From Gracilinanus agilis (taxonomy: Eukaryota), in NCBI RefSeq assembly GCF_016433145.1, contig NC_058133.1, positions 53,372,120 to 53,436,119 of the forward strand: a DNA stretch of 64,000 bases. Reading direction: 5' to 3'. The position numbers and the translations under genes were made by a program. Below, in pieces: positions 34,991 through 47,589 of this stretch (position 1 is its first letter; each line of letters opens with the position of its first letter). The notes beneath the pieces are model-generated. The model was not told where the DNA came from and searched no databases. It worked only from the letters and a program-made list of their open reading frames with translations.

Positions 34991-36944
34991 CTGAGATGTG
35001 GGGTCTATATTTATAGAACTTAAGGTCTAAAAGGGAGATGACACATATGTATGTGTATATATATATATATATATATATACACACAAAGAACCATGAGAAT
35101 AATAATACAGAAGAAATACATTATAGAAGTGTAAAATAAAATGCAGCCTGAAATCAAACAGAAAAAGGAAATTACTGGCGGGAAGGATAAAGACTTCCTG
35201 GAAGAAGTGTCATTTGGATTGAGTGTTATAGACTGGAAATCAAGAAAACCTCAATTCAAATTCTACCCCAGACACCATCTATGTGACCCTAGGCATATCT
35301 TATAACTGTGCCTCAGTTTACTCATCTACAAAATGAGAATGGAATTCAATGGCTTTTAAGGCTCCTTCCACTAACTGTAAGATCTTGGGCAAAACACACT
35401 TAATTGATTTATTTTATGTCATTTTGGGAGTATAGTTCGATATTGGTAATAGGATGAAGCCTTTTTTGCATCTACCACATTTCACTGTTGTCCTTTGGAT
35501 AACCTGTAGTTTTGATTGTTGAAAAATTCTAATATTCTCCAGATCAAAGGCATAAATGCTTTATCACTTGAATATTAGTGGGGTTTGTGTTGTTGTTGTT
35601 GTTGTTTAGAAAGATAGACATTGTTTAAGGGAAAGGCTCAAGATTATTGAAAAACCTATAAAATTCCCCAAAGGTAATTCAGTCTTCCCACTTCCTATTC
35701 AATTCTGGGCCCAATCCATTGTCTATATGTTGTCTCTATCCATGATATATGGATTGATACATCATCTCCATGAAGTCTCCACTAATCTATGTGCTCTATT
35801 CTGAATAATTAACCTTCATCCATCTGATTTTTCCTACATAGATAGTTGAGCTAAATACTTCCAAGCAGTTGTAAAGATGGCAGGATTTCAACTACTGGTA
35901 TAAGAATTAAATTAAAGTATATTGAAGACTATTATTATGCTCAAAACACAAATAATAAAAATAAATTGTTGCCTGCAATGGCTGCGAGTCCTAAAAGTAA
36001 TTGGATGTTGAAATAAAGCAAAGAATTATAGAGAAAGAAAAAATTTTTCCCTCCTCAACCTTTGTCAAAATTGTTCTACTCATCCTTTAAGGAAATAAAA
36101 GAGCAGAAATAGGATCATTATACCTCTCCTTGCCCTGTTTTTCTTGAAATTAAGAACTATATAAAATATATTCTCAGATATCTAGAAAAAGAATGTAAGT
36201 ACATTTTGATCCAGCATCTTAACAGTTTAAACCTTTAGTTCTTAGTTTTAATCCTGGAATTTAATCTTCTTTTAGAAAGGGCCTTAGACACTATAGACAG
36301 AGGAGCCACACAATTTTATACTGACAGAGTATCCTAAAAGTCATTTTTAAGCTACTATGGTTTTAAAATGCCCTAAGCCCTTTGGGACAATCTGCATATA
36401 TCTTCATATATACAGATTTTTCCCTTTGACAGATAAGAACACATTGAATTTATACGATGTATTTACCTAATATGACCTGAATTCTTTAATTCCACTACAA
36501 AAGGCTCTCTATCTTTTCTTAACTATTTCTTTTGGAAACATTTTTAAAGAAAGAAAATACTGGAGTGGCATTATTTAAATGAACAAGCTTTAATGAATCT
36601 ATGAAAGATAAGGTAAAAACACCAAAATCTATTTTGTTCAGATGATGCTAAATTAAGATTCTCTCCTTGATCAGAAGAGCACTATACAGATATTAATGCA
36701 AACCAGGCTCATCTCCCTCTTCCCTGTCCTCTCTTGGATTCCCTAAGGCAGTGAGGCTGACTGTGCCCTCCCCCTACTCCTTCTAGGGCCACAATTCCCA
36801 GAAAAAATGAATAAAATGAACAGAAATAATTATGTTCCATAAGCTACAGAACCTTATAAATTCAGTCTACTGATGATTAGAGAGATGATCAATGTCAGAT
36901 TATTAGAGAAATCCAATTACCTTGCATTACTTTCATGCTTTTAG

Positions 36945-37067
36945 AAGACCGCAAGATTTCGACTTTTACTGGCATAAAAATCAAGGAATCTATTTATGTA
37001 GGCAGGAAAATATTTGCATCTTTTTGTGGAAGTTCAGTTCTTTATCTCATTTTTCCTTTGACCTCAA
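36945..37067 (+). CDS. Candidate symmetric 123-nt exon (DRKISTFTGIKIKESIYVGRKIFASFCGSSVLYLIFPLTS, phase 1-1)
   Basis: Acceptor actttcatgcttttag, donor CAA|gtaagt, two open frames; no homolog recognised. Confidence 0.2.
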
Positions 37068-38440
37068 GTAAGTATGACCTAGTGGTATCCATGAAAGTTT
37101 GTCAACCCTAGATTTATTTTTAATCCATGCTGGTAGCCCATTTACTTATTGAGCTCTCATTAATACACCATGCCTTCTATGAAGCACACAGGGAATTCAG
37201 AATGCAAGAGAAGGAACAGATAAATTATCTGCCAAAAGATAAATGCTTGTGCTTGCTTTAATTAATTACAATTAAACATGTTGTTTATTTTCACCAAAAT
37301 AAAATATATTGCCAACTTTATCTTTAGAAACAAGAGGCAGCCTGACATAGGGGATAGAGGGCCAGCAATAGAATCAGGAAAACCTAAGGATGAATCTTGA
37401 TTCTGGTATATACTTTGTTGTCATGGGCAAACTACTTAACCTTGATGCAAGGTTCTAAGAGTATCAACTGCTACCTAGTTGTCTATCTGTATGAAGAGAG
37501 ACTTCCATATCAGGGGATCCTTGGATTCTTAAAGTCTTAGGTCCAAATTTCTTTTCCCCAACCGTAAAAAGAAAATTGTAGGAAGAGGGTGGTAATGACT
37601 GTCCTTAATCAGAAATAGGCCATTGAAGTTCTTAGAGGTACCTCTGCAGGATTAGGGGTATCTTTCACTAATGTCATTAGCTTAAGTGCCCATTCTAGTG
37701 TATTCTATCTAGTATTAGCTACCAGTGATCAAATCTCCACTTCCACTTAACCAATAAGCTTTTGGAAAGGATACTTACTTTAAAGATAATAAGCACAAAA
37801 GTACAAATATTTTTCCTCTTCAACACATGGAGGGACACACTTTCTCCCATAATACCTAGAACTCTTGAGAGAATGTATTCAAACCCAACTCAGTTTCCAC
37901 ATAGTATGAGCCCCACCAAGTAAACATTTAAATTTAGCATTGTGACTGGATGAGTCCCCATCTCTGGGCTGAGCCCTGAAGGTTGGTCAAAGTCTTAAGG
38001 CATCACTGATGGACTGACTGATTGCAAAAACATCATAGACTCAACTCCTGGACCTTCCGGTAGCTCATTCTCCTGACTTTTTTTTTAAACATTTATTAAT
38101 ATTCATTTTTAACATGGTTACATGATTCATGCTCCTACTTTCCCCTTCACCCCCCGCACTCCCCCCACCCATGGCCAACGCGCATTTCCACTGGTTTTAT
38201 CATGTGTCATTGATCAAGACCTATTTCCAAATTGTTGGTAGTTGCATTGGTGTGGTAGTTTCAAGTCTACATCCCCAATCATGTCCACCTCAACCCATGC
38301 GTTCAAGAAGTTGCTTTTCTTCTGTGTTTCCACTTCTGCAGTTCTTCCTCTGAATGTGGGTAGCGTCTTTACCATAAATCCCTCAGAGTTGTCCTGGGTC
38401 ATTGCATTGCTGTTGGTACAGATGTCCATTACATTCGATT

Positions 38441-39314
38441 TTACCACAGTGTATTGGTCTCTCTGTATAATGTTCTTCTGGCTCTGCTCCTTTCACTCTG
38501 CATCAATTCCTGGAGGTCTTTCCAGTTCACATGGAATTCCTCCAGTTTATTATTCCTTTGATCACAATAGTATCCCATCACCAACATATACCATAATTTG
38601 TTCATCCATTCCCCAATTGAAGGACATACTCTCCTTTTCCAGTTTTTTGCCACCACAAAAAGTGCAGCTATAAATATTTTCATACAAGTCTGTTTATCTA
38701 TGATCTCTTTGGGGTACAAACCCAACAATGGTATGGCTGGATCAAAGGGAAGGCATTCTTTTATAGCCCTTTGAGCATAGTTCCAAATTGCCAGCCAGAA
38801 TGGTTGGATCAGTTCACAACTCCACCAGCAATGCATTAATGTCCCAATTTTTCCACATCCCGTCCAGCATTCATTACTCTCCCCTTCTTTCATTTTAGCC
38901 AATCTGCTAGGTGTGAGGTGATACCTCAGAGTTGTTTTGATTTGCATTTCTCTAATTATTAGAGATTTAGAACACTTTCTCATGTGCTTATTGATACTTT
39001 TGATTTCTTTACCTGAAAATTGCCTATTCATGTCTCTTGCCCATTTATCAATTGGGGAATGTCTTGATTTTTTATACAATTGATTTAACTCCTTGTATAT
39101 TTGAGTAATTATACCCCTGTCAGAGTTTTTTGTTATAAAGATCTTTTCCCAATTTGTTGTTTCCCTTCTGATTTTGGCTACATTGTTTTTATTTGTACAA
39201 AAGCTTTTTAGTTTAATAAAATCAAAACCATTTAATTTACATTTTGTAATTTTCTCTAACTCTTGCTTGGTTTTAAAATTTTCCCTTTCCCATAGATCTG
39301 ACAGGTATACTGTC
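38441..39314 (-). pseudogene. L1 ORF2 C-terminal part with CCHC knuckle
   Basis: ORF track: IIREMQIKTTLRYHLTP, CWTGCGKIGTLMHCWWSC, FDPAIPLLGLYP. Confidence 0.95.
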
Positions 39315-39359
39315 ATATATATATATATGTATATATATATATACATATATATATATATG
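39314..39359. repeat. Perfect 46-bp AT-rich palindrome inside L1 ORF2
   Basis: c(at)7g(ta)7c(at)7g equals its own reverse complement. Confidence 0.97.
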
Positions 39360-39435
39360 TTCAGCTAATTTTCTTATAGTTTCCTTCTTTATATTCAAGT
39401 CATTCACCCATTCTGAATTTATCTTGGTGTAGGGT

Positions 39436-40528
39436 GTAAAAATAGATATGATTAAAAAAGATAGGGACGGTCATTACATCCTGATTAAAGGCAGTATAGA
39501 CAATGAGGAAATAACAGTGCTCAATATGTATGCACCAAGTGGCATAGCATCCAAATTCATAAAGGAGAAACTGGCAGAGCTCAAGAAGGAAATAGATAGT
39601 AAAACCAGAATAGTGGGAGATCTAAATATTCCTCTTTCAGATCTAGATAAATCAAACCAAAAAATAAATAAAAAAGAGGTAAGAGAGGTGAATGAAGTCC
39701 TAGAAAAATTAGATTTAATTGATATGTGGAGAAAAATAAATAGGGACAAAAAGGAATACACCTTCTTTTCAGCTGCACATGGTACATTCATAAAGACTGA
39801 CCATGTAATAGAGCATAGAAACATTGTAAACAAATGCAAAAGAGCAGAAATAATGAATGTAACCTTCTCAGATCATAATGAAATAAAAATAATAATTAGT
39901 AAGGGCACCTGGACAGGAAATCAAAAACTAATTGGAAATTAAATAATATGATTCTCCAAAACCAGCTAGTCAAAGAAGAAATCATACAAACAATCAACAA
40001 TTTCATTGAAGAGAGTGACAATGATGAGACATCCTACCAAACTCTGTGGGACGCAGCCAAGGCAGTACTCAGGAAGAAATTTATATCCTTGAGTGCATAT
40101 ATTAACAAATTAGGGAGGGCAGAGATTAATGAATTGGGCATGCAACTTAAAAAACTAGAAAGCGAGCAAATTAAAAATCCCCAGATGAAAACTAAATTAG
40201 AAATACTAAAAATCAAGGGAGAAATTAATAAAATTGAAAGTAAAAGAACTATTGAATTAATAAATAAGACTAGAAGCTGGTATTTTGAAAAAACAGATAA
40301 AATAGAAAAATTACTGGTCAATCTAAATGAAAAAAGGAAAGAAAACAAAATTGACAGTATCAAAGATGAAAAGGGAGACCTCACCTCTAATGAAGGGGAA
40401 ATTAAGGCAATCATTAAAAACTATTTTGCCCAATTATATGGCAATAAATATAACAATCTAGGAGATATGGATGAATATTTACAAAAATATAAACTGCCTA
40501 GATTAACAGCAGAAGAAATAGAATATCT
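39436..40528 (+). mobile_element. Inverted segment of the same L1 (ORF2 endonuclease C-half and tower region)
   Basis: [45 protein letters not shown]; one frameshift near 39920; TSD copy at 40526-40539. Confidence 0.96.
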
Positions 40529-41329
40529 CCTGACTTTTTAAATCTCACAAGATCATATCCATCTTCAATCCTTTCATGTAAAATAGGAAAGAACAAACAC
40601 TGAGGCAAAGAACTGAGACTTGATTTGATGGATCATATGTCTGCCTCTGATGGGAGAGACCCAAGGGCTCCCCAAATTTCTCACCCAAATAGATATGAGA
40701 ACAATATACTCAGATCAAGAGAAGATAGGCCTGAGTTGATAAGTGACTTTTGACTACACCCCAGTTCTAGCTATTATAGCTAATCAAAAAGACTTCTCTT
40801 TATCATGTAGTGAAGCAAATTGGAACCAATTACAGGATTTCTGCATATGTTCCAAATCTCTCTAAAGCAAAGCTATTGCCTTCCTCTTGAGACTATTTTC
40901 CATTTTCTATGTATATATTTTGTTTGTTCATTATTGTCTGCATGTTGTATCCCCCTTTAAGTTAAAAGTTCCTTGAGTGTAAGGGCAATTTTGCCCTTTA
41001 TTCTCTTCCCTGAACATAGTAGGTCCAAAATAAATTATTTTTCACTGGTTGTTCACAGCATCCTACCTCTCTGTGAGCAGCCTATCCAACCTCTTTCTTC
41101 ATGGCACAGACAATCAACTGAGTATGTTCACTAATCTCCTTTCTCATATCCCCAACCCCTTCCAAAAGTTTTATTACAGATTTACTTCTGATACATGATT
41201 ATGGAGTAAATTAAGACTGAATGTTGGAAGCAATCATCTTTTCATGCCAGAAATTTCATGAGATAACCTTAGAAATTGTGAAACTGAGAGCTGATTCCAT
41301 TGTATGCCTTACAAACAGCTCATACAGAC

Positions 41330-41500
41330 TTTCAGTCAGAAAAATCCAGGTTTGAATCTCTCCTCAGACACTGGCTAATTATATAACCTTAGGCAAGACA
41401 GTTCACCTGGCATTGGTTTCTTTGTTTGTAAAATAATGGGTTTGGACTCAATGATTTCTTATGTCCCCTATAGTTTTGAAATCTTTGATCTCCAAATTCT
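41330..41500 (+). mobile_element. MIR3-like SINE
   Basis: ccaggtttgaatctctcctcagacac...tttgtttgtaaaataatggg. Confidence 0.7.
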
Positions 41501-41529
41501 ATGTCAAGGCAATCTGAGCTAAAAGGAAC

Positions 41530-43050
41530 ATGAACGAATGAATGAAAAATACTTATTAAGTGTTTGCTGTGGGTCAGGCACTGTGTTGAGTCCTAAGTAT
41601 ACAAACAGGAAAAAAAAATAGTCACCCTGCCTTCAAGGAATTTACACTCTAATAGAGGAAAAAATTACATATTGAAGGATGGTAGCCAGGGTAGAGGACC
41701 TGATGGAGTTTCCTTTCCAGGAAGACAGGTGTTATTTTGATTACTGTTCCTCAACCAAGAGGAATCTGGTCCAGCTATCTCACCTAACAGATGAGGAAGG
41801 GTACCCAGGTGGAATGCTCATTGATTTTCCCAAGGTGTCACAGCTAGTTAATGGGAGGGCTGGGCAAGAGTCTAGGATGGTGACTATCATTCCAATATGG
41901 TTTGGTTTTGTTTCCCTATCACATTGCTTTAATATGAAAATAGTTCAGACCCTTTCCAGTTTAATTCAACAGACAATTATCAAACGCTTTCTCTGGGTGA
42001 GACACCATGACACAAAATAAAATATGGCAATCCCTGCCTTCAAGGAATGTACAATCTAATTTCAAAGAAGAAAATTTATATTTAATATAAGGTTAAAAAA
42101 ATCCTATGAATTGGAGCTCTGCCCAAATAGAATGGAATGCCTCAGGACATAGCTGACCCTGTGAATGTCTTAACACAAAAGCAGTACAACTTCTTACCAG
42201 ATATTTTTCAGAGTAGATTCTTATTCAGGCATACAATGGAAGATCCCCTCCAGTTCAGAAGCTCTGTGTGATTCTAAGTGATATGGCAAGAACACGAATA
42301 ATTCTAATATGAAGATGAATGTCACAGGAACAAAAAAGACCTCCAGAAAAAATGCTCTAGGCAAATCTGTGAGAGAAAACATGACTTTTAGCTGAAAAGA
42401 TCAGGGAAGACCTCAGAGAAACATGGCAACTGCATTAGGCCTTGAGAGAAGATAAGGAAGAAATGAGGGAAGAGTGCCTTCCAGGTATGTGGAACAATCT
42501 GCATGAATATATGGAATAAGAGCTCCCTGAGGGCAGGGGCTAAATTTCAAATTTTAGTTTGTTTCCTCCTTGTACAGAGTGGTTGATAAATGTTTAATTA
42601 GACAAAAAATATAAGGAACGAAGTAATACCAAATACAGCTGGAGAGGTACAATGGACATGGAGCTGTGTGATCAAGAGTACATTATTGCCATAGTATAAA
42701 AAGAAAAGGCATCATGGGTAAAATAGACAGATAAACAAATTTAAGTCCAAAGTATGAATAGTGAGCAATATAGGCTCTATAAGAGAGAGAAACAAGGGCA
42801 AACTAGTTAAAGGAAAGCTTGGCAGGAGAGATCCAACTAAACACAAGTTGGAGTCATAGTAGAGGAACTCCCTCCAGTGCTAAAGAATATATATTTTATC
42901 TTATGGACTATAGGGACCCACTGAGGGGTCCCTTTAGAAGGGAAGTGATGAGGTCAGACTGGTGGCATAAAAAGATTATTTAGCACAAATGTGAAAGATC
43001 GAGTCTAAAAAGGACAAGGTTTTATGCAGGTCCTCAGGTAGGAGTCTGCA
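41530..43050 (-). mobile_element. Fragmented L2 remnants with embedded MIR (41760-41900) and L2-tail pieces
   Basis: Repeated ccctgccttcaaggaatttacactctaat termini and purine-rich body. Confidence 0.55.
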
Positions 43051-43509
43051 CAAATAGTTAAAGTTTCCCATCATACCATTTGAACCAAAGAAAACCCAAC
43101 CTATCACCACAGAGTAAAAGAATGTGGTCTTTGATGTTCTGTCATTTCATTAGTGCCCTAGAATCTTCATGACCCCATTTAAGGTTTTGTTGTTCCTCAT
43201 CTATAAAATAAGGAAACCAAGGCAAACAGGATAAAATGACTTGCCCAGGATCACACAGCTAGGAAGTTTCTGAGGATGGTTTTGAACTCAAGACTTCCTG
43301 ACTCCGGGCCTGGTGTGGTAAAAAAATGTTATAGAAATTAATTTTTATATTTCATTCTGCTCTAGTGCTGAAGAATCAGTAAAAGCTGCTTCTATATGAT
43401 CTCTATAAAGTTCATTTTATTCCATGCCAGGATTCACTATCAATGACAGGAAACCTTACCAAAAAATGGCATGAACTTTCTGCAAACCTGAGGTCTTTTT
43501 CTTTTTCTT

Positions 43510-43715
43510 TTCTTTTTTTTTAAACCCTTACTTTCCATCTCAGAATTTATACCAAGTATCCATTCCAAGCCAAAAGAGCAGTAATGGCTAGGCAATTTGG
43601 GTTAAATGACTTGCCCAGGGTCACACAGATAGGAAGTGTCTGAGACCAGATTTGAACCTAGGACATCCCATCTCCAGACTTGACTCTTTATCAACCAAAA
43701 TACCTAGCTGTTCCG
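43510..43715 (-). mobile_element. SINE1-type element
   Basis: ttaaacccttactttccatctcagaa...tttgaacctaggacatccc. Confidence 0.88.
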
Positions 43716-43789
43716 TGATGTATTTTTCAAATGCAATATGACAAAAAGCACCAACCCAGAAAGTAGCAGAAATTGATGATGCTCATAAA

Positions 43790-44040
43790 GCACCAAACCT
43801 GGAGTCAGAAAGACCTGATTTCACACTTGACTGCAAACACTTGTAAACCTAGGCAGATTACTTAACCTCCATTTGCCTCAGTTTCCTCAACTGCAAAATG
43901 GGGATAATAATAGCACTTACCTCCCAGAATTGTCATGAGGATCAGATGAGATAATAGTTGTAAAGCACTTAGCACAGTGCCTGGCACACAATAAATGCTG
44001 TATAAATGTTAGTTTTTGTTATTGTTATTATTATTAACTC
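43790..44040 (+). mobile_element. MIR, well preserved
   Basis: cctcagtttcctcaactgcaaaatggggataataatagcacttacctccc...gcacttagcacagtgcctggcacac. Confidence 0.9.
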
Positions 44041-44797
44041 CAGATAAGTCCTAATGATCTAAGAAACCCATATTAGTCCATCGTTGTTCCAACTTTGATG
44101 AGAATCACAGTAATACATAGTCTACCATTCTTATAACTAAAGTTAAGTCTGAAAGTGAAGTTAAATCCTACATACAGCTAAATGGTGACCTACTCTCTCT
44201 GTCTATGGTGCTGACAGAAAAATATGTTTCCCTCCTTTCAAAAGAGTCATGGCGACTTTGGTTGGGCATCCAACGTAGTTGCTTCATCCCTTGGCAACTT
44301 GGCTTAAATGTTTTTTGTCATAAGGAAGGTCTTGATGATTGGGGGAAGGATGGAGTTAAGGGCAAATTACTGTGGTTTAAAACAAAAAGCAACAATAAGA
44401 TTGGTTTTTAAAAATACATCCCTGGCATTCCTCTGACATTAAGTACACTGTTTTCTGGTCTCCATGGCTTTGTCCCAACTCTAGAATGGCACGGACATCT
44501 GCTGCCAGCAATTCTGCCATCAAGTCTAATGTTGCTGAATATCCCGGTAATAAATAGCTCCAGGGATTAGCGAGGCAATAGGGTGGCCACCGGGAGCATG
44601 TACCACCGGCTGCTAGTCTTTTGTGTAAGCATGTTGTAACTCTCTTTTTCCTCTTCACAATAACAATTTCAAATGCCAGACACTTTATCAAGACAAAAAG
44701 CATTTGGGCCTGATCCAGTGTCCCTGCCTCCAAAGACAGCAGAGGGAATCATAAAGCTGGGTTTCTTTTCTTATTTTAATCTCCCCTAAAAACACAG

Positions 44798-44889
44798 AAT
44801 TCACAGAGTTGGGGAAAGATGAACCAACTGGGGATTTTACACCATGGATTGTCGGTGATATGACTAAAAAACATTTCCATCCCAACAAG
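44798..44889 (+). CDS. Candidate 92-nt exon (FTELGKDEPTGDFTPWIVGDMTKKHFHPNK, phase 1-0)
   Basis: Long polypyrimidine acceptor ending acacag, donor AAG|gtagga, single open frame; no homolog recognised. Confidence 0.3.
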
Positions 44890-45012
44890 GTAGGATAGAG
44901 AAGTAAAAAGAAAAGTAAATGTCATTTACAGGCTCTGGCTACCTGATGGTCTGATGAAATTGTATCATGGTTGCCTAGGAGCAATTTTGCTAATCCTTTT
45001 TTTGTCCTTAAG

Positions 45013-45096
45013 CAGTATATTGAGTCTCCAAGTGCTATTGCTACATGGAGATTCGGTTACTGGGGACACAAAAGGGAACACGCAGGATTTTGTTGA
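45013..45096 (+). CDS. Candidate terminal coding exon (QYIESPSAIATWRFGYWGHKREHAGFC*)
   Basis: Branch-like gctaat, T-tract, NAGNAG acceptor; phase-compatible with 44798-44889 across a 123-nt intron. Confidence 0.22.
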   Translation, partial: QYIESPSAIATWRFGYWGHKREHAGFC

Positions 45097-45129
45097 ATTT
45101 TGACATTTATTATCTAAAAAGATGACCAT

Positions 45130-46070
45130 TAATTTGATTTATTTCAACAAGCATTTATTTAGAGCCTACTACACGTAAGGCACTGTCCTAGGTTCTGGGG
45201 AAATAAAGACAAAATAAAACAAAGGTCCTGTCTCTGTGAAACATAATTGATTAGGACACTGTACAATTTTTAAACAGAGAACCATATTGTTATTTGTTTT
45301 CTATTTATTTACTTTTTATTGTTATTTTCTGGTTTTTTGTTATCTAGTTATTGTTATTTTCTATTTATAAAATAATTTGAGAAGGAGGAGAATATTAACA
45401 ATTAAGAACAGTGGGAAAGATTGTCTTTGATCCTGGAAATAATAGAAAGCCAATGAAGTTTATTGAACAAGGGAATGAAATAGTCACATTTGTATTTTAG
45501 GAAAATCACATTGGTGACTTTATAATGGATATATTGGAGGGCAGAAAGACTTGAAGCAGGCAGAACAATTAGGAGGCTATGGTAAGAGGTAATGAGGGCC
45601 TGAACTAGTGTGGTAGCCATGGGAGTGGAGAGAGGGAGAAAGATACATGAGATGTCATCAGGGTAGAACCAACAAGATTTGACAGCTAATTAGATACAAG
45701 AGAAGGAATGTTCTAGAAGGAACTTACAAAAGGAATCAAGGATCATACCAAGGCTGGAAAGATAGTGATACTCTCAAAAGAAATAGGGTAGTAAAAAGAA
45801 AGAGTTTGTATGAGGGATGGGGGATTAATGATTTGGATGTATTGAATTTGGTCATCTAAAGAGAAATATTATTTAGCTCATTCAAAAAGAAATGTCCAAT
45901 GTGTAGTTGATGATTCAGAATAAGAGCTCAGGACAAAGACTTTTTAGAACTGGATAAAAAGACAGGAATTATCTGAATAAAGAGTATACTCGTATGGGAG
46001 TTAATGCGATCCCCAAGTGACTTCATAATTGGGGGAAGTATGAAATGAACAATGATATATTAAAGGAGAC
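45130..46070 (-). mobile_element. L2 3' region
   Basis: caagcatttatttagagcctactacacgtaaggcactg terminus; gagggcctgaactagtgtggtagc body. Confidence 0.8.
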
Positions 46071-46930
46071 TTCCTCACCCCTGCCTTTTAGAGTCTTTAT
46101 TAAACACTTTGTTGAAATATTGCTTTCCACATGAGCCCTTTCATGATCCTCCCAGCTGCCAGTACCCCCCAAATTGTATTTAATTCATATTTTTGTACCA
46201 TCAATTTATATTTCTTCATATTTTCTCTTCATAGGCAATAAGTTCCTCAAAGGCAGGAAATAATTCATTCGTATGCTTTTATCACCAGTGCCTAGCATGG
46301 TTGTCACATAATAGCTACTTAAGAAATACTTAATGATTGATGTATGGATGGATGGATATATGGAATACGACAATCTCCAATGATTTGAAAAATTGGCAAC
46401 TAAGTGCATACAGGGTATGAACAGGTTAAAGTATATAGTATATCAAATAAGTAATTCTAAATAACTAGAGTAAAAGATCTGAATTTGAATTCAGGGAGAC
46501 TTGAGTTCAAGCCTTTACTGGCTATGTAATCTTGGGCAAATCACTTAATCTCATAGGATCCCAGTTTATATATATACATATATGTATATATATGAGATAA
46601 ATTGGAAATAATCAACAAAGGGAAGGCATTAACATTAAGGATGTCCAAAACGGTTCCTATAGAAGGTGGGATTTTAGCTGAGACTTTAGGGAAATCAAGA
46701 AATGGAGATGAGAAGGGTGATAATTTTAGGGATGCATTACAGTCAGGGCAAATATCCAGAATCAGATGTGTTTTGTGCATCAATGAGCATCTTTAGATCT
46801 TATCTTTTCCCAAAGTTTTTAAACTCCTTAAGTCAGAGACTATATTTTATTACACTTTCTTGTATCATCCATCAGGCCTTTCAGACTACTGTATATTGGA
46901 AGAGATTCATAAATACTTGTTAAATGGCAG
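46070..46930. mobile_element. L2 tail pieces and MIR (46450-46600)
   Basis: ttcctcaaaggcaggaaa...gtgcctagcatgg; ttcaagcctttactggctatgtaatcttgggcaaatcacttaa. Confidence 0.6.
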
Positions 46931-47199
46931 TTTTGCTGCCTTTTATACATGTTGGACCTTGGAAATGTCTCATCCCCTCTCTGGTTTCAGTTTCTTCATC
47001 TATAAAATGATAGGAGTAAGTGGAGTCGTGGAAGGGCTTGGATTAATGATTGAAAAGTGGAATGGGCTAATTCAGCACTTACCAAAGTCTTCAAGCATAG
47101 TCTGGGAAATTGCCTGTTGAGTATATTGTAGAAGGGACTCATGATGCACCCTCCTCTTCTACTTACATATACCTATATTTAGATACATGTAAATACACG

Positions 47200-47460
47200 C
47201 TTACATTTATATATTGTCTACTAATGTGCCAAGTACTATGCTTAGTGCTTTACATATATTATCTCATTTGATCTTCACAACAACCTGGAAGATAGATGGT
47301 ATTCCCCATTTTGCAGATAGGGAAACTGACTCAAAACAGAAGTTAACTTAACTTACCAAGGTCACATAGCTAGCAAATATCTGAGATCTGACTTGAACTC
47401 AGGTCTTCCTGATTCCTGGCCCCAAGCTCTACCCACTGAATCACTTAGCTCCTCATAAAA
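47200..47460 (-). mobile_element. MIR
   Basis: attatctcatttgatcttcacaacaacc...ttgaactcaggtcttcctga. Confidence 0.88.
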
Positions 47461-47589
47461 GAAAATAATATTGGTTCCCCATTTTTATGTAAGTCCTTGA
47501 AGGCCTTATCTATATTTGTATGCCCTAGGACAAAGCACAGTTACGAGAACACAGTAATTGCTTAATAAATTTTCTACCATTCAGTCATT

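Larger units (their letters stand above)
38083..39437 (-). mobile_element. L1_Mdo-type LINE-1, non-inverted 3' segment
   Basis: Poly(T), 3' UTR, ORF2 C-terminus; TSD tctcctgacttttt at 38069-38082. Confidence 0.97.

Noticed and set aside
38242-38673. 143-aa plus-strand ORF
   Set aside because: Antisense to L1 ORF2 end and 3' UTR; same for 40034-40414 and 39474-39839.
44583-44600. Partial CTCF motif tggccaccgggagc
   Set aside because: Lacks the GGGGGCG half of the core.
44377-44733. 118-aa minus-strand ORF as retroviral pol or endogenous viral element
   Set aside because: YSATLD only loosely recalls an RNase H tether motif; no RT, integrase or viral motifs, no LTRs.
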